IMG/VR virus record: IMGVR_UViG_3300023276_001265
Direction: 5' to 3' (one strand)
Length of the DNA: 64,000 nt
Origin: a virus
Shown here one piece after another: positions 26,075 to 34,800 of the stretch. The notes below the pieces were generated by a model that was not told where the DNA came from, searched no databases, and saw only the letters and a list, made by a program, of their open reading frames with translations. Within the stretch, counting starts at the first letter, position 1. Each line of letters starts with the position of its first letter. A program made the position numbers and the translations under genes.

Positions 26075-26755
26075 TTAGGGGTAAACCCATGGAAGGTGAT
26101 TGGTTCCGTCGATTACGAAGGCTCTTCTCATCCAATCTATTTTGATTGAATCGCTACCAGTTAAGCGAGGGTGTAGTCCAAGAAATCTTAGTAGTGACTC
26201 CATACTTCGGGCGGTAGACGGCAGCTTCGCGAAGCGTGTTACGCCTCCACGAGTGATGTTGAATACGAAGCCGGTCTTGATTTCAGAACCGACCAGACCC
26301 TCGACCCCAGCTACGAGCACACCGTCAGGCATACGCTTGAACCAGTTGAAATGTGGTGACGTTACCCTTGGACAGATTGGACCGATGAATCCCCACTTTG
26401 CTGGGTCACCGAACAGGTGCTGGCACACACGTTGAATTCTCCTGGTGCGCCCCACCTTTGAACCCATAGCTGTGGCTTTCCTGAGACGCTTACGCTCTGT
26501 AATTCGGATAGATCGAATCCTGAGCTGTCGTTCCATCTCAACAGCAATGTCAGCAACCACCGTATCGGCTGCAACCTGGTCGTCTGTCAGTAACTTCGAC
26601 AGGGTAAGTAGGGGGGAGTTTTCTGAATTCCAGTAGATTTGGGACAACAACATAGTTGCTGCAATGGCCGATACCCTGTCTTTATCCGGGAGTATTCCTA
26701 GTCTTACGGCGTCTAGGGCAGTCAATTCTACAGTTTGGCGTTGTCGCCTACTCAT
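26075..26755 (-). CDS. hypothetical protein
   Basis: 226-aa ORF. Confidence 0.65.
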   Translation of the reverse strand: MSRRQRQTVELTALDAVRLGILPDKDRVSAIAATMLLSQIYWNSENSPLLTLSKLLTDDQVAADTVVADIAVEMERQLRIRSIRITERKRLRKATAMGSKVGRTRRIQRVCQHLFGDPAKWGFIGPICPRVTSPHFNWFKRMPDGVLVAGVEGLVGSEIKTGFVFNITRGGVTRFAKLPSTARSMESLLRFLGLHPRLTGSDSIKIDWMRRAFVIDGTNHLPWVYP

Positions 26756-26828
26756 AGTTATGAGCGTAACTCTAGAACTTCACCACAGGTATAAGTAGTT
26801 GTGCTTGATGTGGCCCCGGAGAACGTAG

Positions 26829-28019
26829 ATGCCTAGAAAACGATCAGCAAAGGACTTGTTAGCAAAACTGAGCGTTGACTCAGATGGCCTAGCAGGACTC
26901 GTAGCTTCCCCGTTTGGGATGCTGAACGAACTGGTGAAGAAAAACGCCAAGTCCGTAATGGATCCAGGACACTGCGATGAGTTAGTTACGAAGTTACTTG
27001 GTAGTGGGAAGGTAGCCCTTCCAGTAGAAGACGCTATCAAACTCCTCTCTGTAGCAGACCTAGCTGGACTTGCTGTACATCCATACTTCATTCGGGCTGC
27101 CGCTCGTCAGGGTGTTTCGTTTTATGTAGCAGCAGATGGGTCGCTCAACAGGCAAACACATGCGGATGCGGCTCAGATCGTTCCAGTGCCGTTATCTGGT
27201 GAACCAGACCCCAACTTCTACATAGAGCCAGAGTGGTTTAGCTATCTCTCTGCTTTCGTAGACGGTGGGCTACCTGTAATGCTCATCGGCCCACCAGGCT
27301 CAGGAAAAACAACTGCAGTAGAGCGACTCTTCGTCAGAAGAGAGCAAACACTTCAGATCGTTTCGTGCACACCTTCGATGACTGCAGATGACTTTGAAGG
27401 AACCACTGACCTGCGCAACGGTGAAACCATCTTTACCCCGTCTGCCTGTGCTGTCGCCGTTAAGGAAGGCCACGGTCTGTTGTTAGATGAGGTGGATGCT
27501 GCCATGCCAGAGGCGTGCTACTCGCTCTACCGTGCGCTTGACGGGAAAGACATGCGTATTGCCCGACAGGGATATGAGAGTCGAATCGCGCCAGCTCCAT
27601 CATTCCGGGCTGTGGGAACCCAGAACACTGAAGGACGAGGTGACGATCGTGGTATCCACCACGGACGCTCATACCAGGATGAGGCTTTCCTAGATAGGTG
27701 GGCCAACTACATCCGCGTCGATTACCTACCGTTCGATACCGAAGTGATTGTCCTATGCAAGAGGACTGGACTCCCAAAAAAGAAGTCCAAGATGATTGTG
27801 AAGACTGCCACTGAACTGAGAAGGGCGTTCGAGACAGATCGAATAATGCTCTGCATGACTATGCGACGGACGTTGTCGGTTGCTGCTAACATCGCGGCTG
27901 GCCTGACACCGGCAGTAGCGTGGAGGTTTGCGGTCCAGAACCGAGCCACCAACGAGGACCGTCAGATCATTGATGACTTCGTGAACAGGATCTACGGGTC
28001 CGCAGCAGGTAAGCACTAG
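26829..28019 (+). CDS. MoxR-type AAA+ ATPase (CobS/CbbQ/NorQ-like)
   Basis: GPPGSGKT, LLDEVD, GTQNTEG, AFLDRW. Confidence 0.9.
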   Translation: MPRKRSAKDLLAKLSVDSDGLAGLVASPFGMLNELVKKNAKSVMDPGHCDELVTKLLGSGKVALPVEDAIKLLSVADLAGLAVHPYFIRAAARQGVSFYVAADGSLNRQTHADAAQIVPVPLSGEPDPNFYIEPEWFSYLSAFVDGGLPVMLIGPPGSGKTTAVERLFVRREQTLQIVSCTPSMTADDFEGTTDLRNGETIFTPSACAVAVKEGHGLLLDEVDAAMPEACYSLYRALDGKDMRIARQGYESRIAPAPSFRAVGTQNTEGRGDDRGIHHGRSYQDEAFLDRWANYIRVDYLPFDTEVIVLCKRTGLPKKKSKMIVKTATELRRAFETDRIMLCMTMRRTLSVAANIAAGLTPAVAWRFAVQNRATNEDRQIIDDFVNRIYGSAAGKH

Positions 28020-28543
28020 TGCCCGACGACACGACAAAGGACGATGAGTGGGAGATCCTCTCCTACCCAGACAAGAGGCTGAGGCTCGTATCCGAGCCGA
28101 TTACAGAGATCACCGACAAGATCCGGAGTAGGGGATTGGCCCTGATGGATCTAATGCACAAGGCAAGGGGGATTGGTCTTGCTGCTCCGCAGGTTGGGTG
28201 GCACGTGCAGATCCTAGCTATCAACCTGTCCGGTAAACGCCAGGATGGTCTGATCTTCCTGAACCCTAAGATCGTATCCTCATCAAAAGCCACCTTCTCT
28301 GCGACAGAGATGTGCCTGTCGGTGCCGGGGATTTCTGGGAAGGTCGAACGTCCCCGTGAGGTCACCATCACCTCCATGAACTTTGACGGCGAGCTAAACG
28401 AGTTCACGCTAGACGGGCTCTTAGGTAGGTGTTTCCTTCACGAGTTCGATCACCTACATGGGAAGCTGTTTATTGATCGCCTTAGTCCAGCTAAGAAGCT
28501 CTCAATTAAGAAGAAGCTCAAGCTGCTCGGCGGTCCTGAATGA
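28019..28543 (+). CDS. def: peptide deformylase
   Basis: GIGLAAPQVG, EMCLS, HEFDHLHG. Confidence 0.95.
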   Translation: MPDDTTKDDEWEILSYPDKRLRLVSEPITEITDKIRSRGLALMDLMHKARGIGLAAPQVGWHVQILAINLSGKRQDGLIFLNPKIVSSSKATFSATEMCLSVPGISGKVERPREVTITSMNFDGELNEFTLDGLLGRCFLHEFDHLHGKLFIDRLSPAKKLSIKKKLKLLGGPE

Positions 28544-29088
28544 TCCACCCGATGGTGGAGACCACCAGCATGAACGCGACTAAGCCCGCGCACACCAAGA
28601 AGTGGCTTAAGTATAGGACCGGTCGTCACATCGATGATAAGTCGATCTGGATGTTTATTGACGGTAGCTCTACCGGCTGGCACGCAGCGGTCATTCTCAA
28701 TCCGTTCACTAAGAAGATCACCAGAATTGCGAAGTTCAGAAAGCCCAACAAGAGCGCAAACGTCGGAGCGGAGCTCATGTCGCTGGTCATCGGCCTGCAG
28801 GCAGACGAAGCTGAGCCAGACAAGAGAATCATCGTAGTCCATGACTACATCGGTACAGGAGCGTGGTTGGTCAAGGCCTGGAAGATCAAGAGTCCCGAGG
28901 TGTTGGACATAGTTCAAGGGATCAACTACACCATCGACATGAAGGCGTTCACATCAGTCAGGTTCATCCACCATGGTGGACACCAGAAAGACGATACGGA
29001 TTTCACTCGCTGGAACAATGAAGTAGACCAGCTCTGTACCAACCAGCAGGAGGTACACGCAACGGTCTGTTGGAATCCAGAGTTCTAG
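28540..29088 (+). CDS. RNase H-like protein
   Basis: FIDGS, AELMS, VHD, GH...WNNEVDQL. Confidence 0.75.
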   Translation: MIHPMVETTSMNATKPAHTKKWLKYRTGRHIDDKSIWMFIDGSSTGWHAAVILNPFTKKITRIAKFRKPNKSANVGAELMSLVIGLQADEAEPDKRIIVVHDYIGTGAWLVKAWKIKSPEVLDIVQGINYTIDMKAFTSVRFIHHGGHQKDDTDFTRWNNEVDQLCTNQQEVHATVCWNPEF

Positions 29089-29091
29089 CTA

Positions 29092-30753
29092 ATGGAGAAG
29101 CGGTTAGACCCTCGTCACTTGATGACGGCCCAAGAGACAATTGCGGCTACCCTTGCAGGATCTGACGTTGCGGTCGTGTTTGACTCAGAGACCCCATGGA
29201 CCGATCTCAAGACCAAAACCATTCATCTAAGGCCAATCCCAGATCAGCTGGACCCAGAAGCCATTGAGGATCTTCGTGGAGACTGTGACCACGAGCTGGG
29301 GCACATAATCCACACTGACCCTGAGGCGATTGTGGGGATCAAGCGGCAACTCGTAAAGAGCATTGCCTTTTCTATCGAAGACGGTCGTGTTGAGCGTTTG
29401 ATCGGGGCTGAGTGGATCGGGTGTGGAGAGAACCTGGAAAGGTCCTCCAAACGAGCCGTGCTCCGCATTGGAGCTGAGGCTGAGGACGACGAGGCGAATC
29501 GGAGGGCCCGTGCCGTTTGTGGGTTGAGTCTGATCGCCTATGGATGGGATGCTCTTGCCGCTGTCGATGCCTTGGGCGCAGACATCGAACACTATTATGA
29601 AGACCTCGGTGTCCTCATTAACTTCCTCGGGGAGTGCGGATCCACCTCGGAGGTAGTCAGCCTGGCAGAGACGATCATCGATCGTTGGAAATGGGCCCCG
29701 ACTGGTAAGTCCAGAGCGAAGTCCAAGGGCGCGAAGGAGAACGCCGTCGCGAAGGAGATATCCTCCTTCTCTCTGAGCCCAGCTACCGACAGGAAGCAAC
29801 TGCTCAAGACGATTGGATCTACTGATGTGTGTGGGTCATATCGAGCAAAGACGGATCGTGACGTTGTCGAACCTATTCGTCCTCCATCACTTGACCTTGG
29901 AAGACTCTATGGGCTCTTCTTTGAGGGAGTAAGACAAACAGCGCCAATTCTTCGCAGACGACTGATGATGCAGTTCAGGTCCACAGGTCACCGAACTAAG
30001 TCTCTACAGAAGAAGGGTAAGCTGGACGAGAGGAACCTCTGGCGATCCGGCATAGGGGACGATCGGCTCTACAAGGTCCGTACTACGGCTCAGACCAACA
30101 GGTCTATAGTCACAATCATGGTTGATTGCTCTGCGTCTATGACACGGGCCGCACGCCCTCCAGCCTTTGAGGGGGAAGCGCTAGCCCTCAGAACACGCTT
30201 GTTTGTGGCAGCGCAGGCTGCTGCAGCCGTTAGTTCGTCGTTGGACGCGCTAGGGGTGCCAAATGAAGTATTGGCCTTCTCGACCGCTAAGAGAACGCCT
30301 GGAGCTCAATTAGAGTTCGATAGGGTGCGACCAATCCGACATCTCATCATTAAGCCGTTCCATAAGTCATTTCAGTCCTGTCGAAGTAAGTTCATGTGGC
30401 TAGCCTTCTTTGAGCACTGCTCTGAGAATATCGACGGAGAAGCGGTTCTGTGGGCCTCGCGGAGAATCCTATCGAGGCCTAATCGAGGAGACCGACCTGT
30501 GCTTATGGTGTTCTCAGACGGAGAACCGGCGTCTTCGCCAGAAAGTAACGCTGTCCTGGCCCAACATCTCAGGAAGTCCATTAAACGGGCTGAGGCATCG
30601 GGGATCACTATCTTTGGAATCGGAATCGGAAGTGATGCAGTTAGATCCTTTTACGACAACTCCGTTATCGTGTCCGACGTAAGCAATTTGCTTTCAACCT
30701 TCTATGACTTGATTAAAAAAGTTCTTCAAGAGCGTCGGACCAGTCGGGTATAA
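29092..30753 (+). CDS. CobT-like VWA protein with N-terminal HExxH domain
   Basis: DHELGH...EDGRVE; MIDAS DCSAS, NIDGEA, FSDGEP, GIGIG. Confidence 0.85.
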   Translation: MEKRLDPRHLMTAQETIAATLAGSDVAVVFDSETPWTDLKTKTIHLRPIPDQLDPEAIEDLRGDCDHELGHIIHTDPEAIVGIKRQLVKSIAFSIEDGRVERLIGAEWIGCGENLERSSKRAVLRIGAEAEDDEANRRARAVCGLSLIAYGWDALAAVDALGADIEHYYEDLGVLINFLGECGSTSEVVSLAETIIDRWKWAPTGKSRAKSKGAKENAVAKEISSFSLSPATDRKQLLKTIGSTDVCGSYRAKTDRDVVEPIRPPSLDLGRLYGLFFEGVRQTAPILRRRLMMQFRSTGHRTKSLQKKGKLDERNLWRSGIGDDRLYKVRTTAQTNRSIVTIMVDCSASMTRAARPPAFEGEALALRTRLFVAAQAAAAVSSSLDALGVPNEVLAFSTAKRTPGAQLEFDRVRPIRHLIIKPFHKSFQSCRSKFMWLAFFEHCSENIDGEAVLWASRRILSRPNRGDRPVLMVFSDGEPASSPESNAVLAQHLRKSIKRAEASGITIFGIGIGSDAVRSFYDNSVIVSDVSNLLSTFYDLIKKVLQERRTSRV

Positions 30754-30835
30754 CCCTTCAGACCCAGTGACTATTTGTTACTGGGCAATCGCCAATGTCC
30801 CAGAGGGACCAGGTAACACAAGAAGGCAGAAATCA

Positions 30836-31705
30836 ATGGCAAACCATCGCGGAGCAGGAGCTCCACCACCCAAGCGCGGAGGAGGCGGCGGCAATACCAA
30901 GCCCCTTTACTTCCTCAGCGAGACAGTAAACGGGACTGACGGCAAGCCGTTCGTCAAACTGGTCAAGGCTCTCAAGCTGCGGCCCGACACGAAGAATCAC
31001 CCGGTTCTTACTCTCGACGACTTCCAGAACATGGACGACGGCTACAGCGTCAACATCCATATGTTCGATCTCCGGGGAACCAAGGACAACATTGTTGTCT
31101 GCCCCAAAACGGCTGCGGACCCTCGTCCGTGCCCGATCTGTGAGGTCTTGAACAAGGACCCCACGTGGTATGTGGCTCTTACCGCCATCGACCGCAACAA
31201 GTACGAGTTCGATGACACGAAGAACCCTGGCAAGAAGCGCGTCTATCAAGACTTGAAGCGCGTCGTCCTCGTGACCAACACGTGGTGCCCCCGGATGACC
31301 GTGAACTGCGAGCGTGCTGGCGGTTGGCGTGGAAGCCACTTCGAGGTCAGTCGGTCCGCACCTACCAAGGTGATGCGGAACGGACGAGAGGTCACCTCTT
31401 ACAAGGACTCGCCCCGGATTGGCGACGTCTGGTACTTCACCGAGAAGTACGATGAGGAGAAGCTCAAGGCTGAGTTGGAGACGGCGGCAGCGACTTACGG
31501 CCTTCCGGTCGAGAAGTTCGTCCAGACCTTCGACTACGACGTCTTCTTCAAGAAGAAGAGTCACGCCCAACTGTCCGCAATCGCCAACGACATCAAGAAC
31601 GATGGTTCGGCGCTGAAGGACCCTGAGCCAGCAGCGGCAGCACCGGCGGCAGCACCGGCCACCGGCGCCTCTGATGAGAAGGCCGAAGCGGAACTCAACT
31701 ACTAA
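30836..31705 (+). CDS. single-stranded DNA-binding protein (gp32-like)
   Basis: H...CP...CPIC zinc motif; Ala/acidic tail ending in an aromatic residue; upstream of the polymerase. Confidence 0.65.
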   Translation: MANHRGAGAPPPKRGGGGGNTKPLYFLSETVNGTDGKPFVKLVKALKLRPDTKNHPVLTLDDFQNMDDGYSVNIHMFDLRGTKDNIVVCPKTAADPRPCPICEVLNKDPTWYVALTAIDRNKYEFDDTKNPGKKRVYQDLKRVVLVTNTWCPRMTVNCERAGGWRGSHFEVSRSAPTKVMRNGREVTSYKDSPRIGDVWYFTEKYDEEKLKAELETAAATYGLPVEKFVQTFDYDVFFKKKSHAQLSAIANDIKNDGSALKDPEPAAAAPAAAPATGASDEKAEAELNY

Positions 31706-31728
31706 AACTTCTTGACGTTCGCAAACGG

Positions 31729-31764
31729 AGACGGCGCAGCACCCCCGCTGCGCCGTCTTTGTTT
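31729..31764 (+). terminator. intrinsic terminator
   Basis: 12-bp stem AGACGGCGCAGC/GCTGCGCCGTCT followed by TTGTTT. Confidence 0.75.
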
Positions 31765-31820
31765 ATGGTCGGGCAAAAACGATATCAGCGGCAGCGGTAG
31801 AATGGTTGAGAGGAGGCCGG

Positions 31821-34800
31821 GTGGCAAAGAAGAAGAAGAAGCTGAAGCCGAAGTACAAGGATGAGCTATGGGATCCAACTGACCTTTGCGAGATCAGCCC
31901 AGAGGAGCTTATTGAAGCCGTAAAGGCTGAGGGTGCATATAGTTACGATCTTGAGACAACTGGGCTGTCCCCCCGCAAAGACCGAATAGACGGCATTGCC
32001 TTCTACGTCCCCAACGAGAAGAATCCAGAGCGTAAGCCGATCCGGGCGTGGTTCCCGTTCGCTGATGGAACAATGGACCACACTGTCGAAGGTGGCAAGG
32101 TAGTCGCGCTCCGGGCGACACTAGACCAGTTCGACACAATGACTCGCCTACGTCCAATTTGGGGACTCAAAGACGTAATCGCGATCCGGCACAACGGGAT
32201 CTTCGATGACGCATTCATCTACCTATCAAGCGGTCTCGATGAAAACATCATTGTCGAGAACATCATCGCCGACAGTATGCTCGCCGACTATGTCGCCGAC
32301 GAACGACGTAAGCGTTATGGATTGAAATTGCGGGTCGAACAGGTGTTCGGGCACAAGATGACCTCATATAAGGAGGCTGCGGCCGGACAGGCCTCGTTCG
32401 CGTTCGCCATGAAGAAGCCCCTTGGCGTCTACGCTTGTGACGATACGGCGTGGACCTACCGTCTCTGGCGCTGGGCCATGGAGTCGATCCGGAAACAGGA
32501 TCCTCCGCGAGAGCACAAGGATCAGTGGTGTTCTCCGCTAGACGATACGCCTGGAATCTACAGCGACCTGGAGAAGGTCTTCTGGAAGATTGAAATGAGA
32601 ATCCAGCGGATCCTCATGGAGATGGAGATCACTGGCTGCTTCATCGATTGGGAGTGGTTGGTCGTCGTCCAAGAACGGCTGCAGAAGCAGAAGAAGACAA
32701 TTGAGGAGGAGATCAAGGAGGAATACGGTTGGATGCCGAAGATTCGGTCGCCAAAGCAGACCTCAGACTTCCTCTACAACCCGGTCGACAAAGGTGGCAT
32801 CGGGCTCCCGACCCAAGGTGTCGATTACAACGCGGTCACGGACCAATACGCGACCGGTGACAAGGCGATTAAGCACAGGGCGAGGGAATTCCCCGTCGTT
32901 GCAAAGATCCTCAAATACAGGTCCCTAGGCGTTGTCGAGAGCTCGTTCTGTCAGAAGCTAATCGGACTGGCCCAGGCAGAGACCAGGATCTACGCACGCT
33001 TCAGGCAGACCGGCACGGTCATCGGTCGTCTGAGTTGTCTTTCCGGAATGTCAATGCTCTCTATACGCCTGAATGGGGCGAATCTAAGGCGTTTAGTCAA
33101 ACTCTCAGAACTTGGTCAGTTTATCGGATCTGATGTTAGGATCATCACTCATAAGGGTCGTGAGCGCCGCGTGTTGAATCTGTTCAACAAGGGGCCAGGC
33201 CTGATGTTTGAGGTGGTGGCGGATGACGGCAGCAAAATCAGATGCACAAGAGACCACAAATTTTTCACCAACTCCGGGTGGCGTGCTCTCAAGGACATCA
33301 AACGAGGGGACAGACTGCTTCGAGCCGAGGTATGTGAGGCTCAGGAAGCCGATAAGAGGCAGGCGGTGGGTGCTGGATCGACCGTCGTTCTTCAAGGTGT
33401 TCGTGGACGACAAGAGGCCGGTTTACAAGAAGTCGAAAATCTATGGTCTGACGGATGGGATTGCACTCACGTGCAAGGCGATCTACGGCTGGGAGATCGA
33501 TGTGTTCCGAGGCCGTTCGAGGCGACGTCCGGACTTAGACGAGATACTTCCACTTGCACCGACATGGGTGCGACGAGACAAGTGCAAAGGCTTCATACTC
33601 TCCAGGGAGTCGTTCAAGGAGATCTTCGTAGACAGCGACCTGACGCAGGAGAAGGCGAAGAAGACCTACGGGATATCTCACCAGGCCATGATCCGGGCCG
33701 TGAAGACTTACAAGGAGTTCCACGACCCACTGGCGATGAAGCACGGACGACTCCTGAGCGCGGCCAAACGGAAGGAGGAGGCGTTCTTTCCAAAGTCGGC
33801 TTTGGTGGAGGAGATGTCAGAGGGGAGATCCCCTCAAGAGATCGCGGCCAAGTTCGGCGTGGGGGAGTCGATTATTTTGATGGACATGTACCACCACGGA
33901 GTATCCGCGAACCCTCACGGAACCATGTCGTGGGTGAGCCGATTGACGGACAGCGAGTACTTGGCACTGGTCGCACTGAACCCACGAATAGGAGAGCTTC
34001 CAACGGACCCGAAGATGGCTTTCACCGAGCTGGTGGAGGCCTATCAGAGGCTGATGCAACTAGCCCACTCGGTCAAGCAGAGCGGATCGATCATGGGGGC
34101 GTTGATCGAGAGGGGGACGATCGAGAAGGATCATCTAACGTTCGCTTCAAATCGGGCGGAGATGAGGCTGTCCCGTGCGCTGACGGCGGTTGGAATCCAG
34201 CATCGGCGACTATTCCATTTCTACAAGAACTGGCAGGCCGACTTCGCCTGGATAGATCAGAAACTACTGGTCGAGGTAGATGGCGCGTGGCACCAGAAGT
34301 GTGCTGCTACCAAGGATCGGGATCAGAAGAAGACAAAGAAGGCGAAGGAGCTTGGTTACCGAGTAGTGAGGTTCACCACCAAGCAGGTCGACAAGAACCT
34401 TCCTACGGTGATTCGGGAGATCGCGTTCGAACTTGGACACGAGTTACCAGCATCACTCCAGTCAGCGTCGAAGATGTCTGGGACCTCACCGTAGAGGGGG
34501 ATCACAGTTATCTAGCTCACGGGTTTGTCAACAAAAACAGTGCGGACCCCGTCAACCTGATGAACCAGCCACGAGAAAAGGACCTGATCCGCAAGGCGTT
34601 CTGCGCTCACCTTGAAGATGACTACGACGATGATCGCAACGAGCTAACGCTGATCGATGCTGACTACGGGCAAATGGAACTGCGCATGGCAGCTCACCTC
34701 GCCCGTGAGAAGAACATGATCGAGGTCTTCTCGGCGGTTGATGGGTGTGAGGCTGGTCCCGACGGTGGTCCGTGCGAGCGATACACGTTCCACGAGTGCT

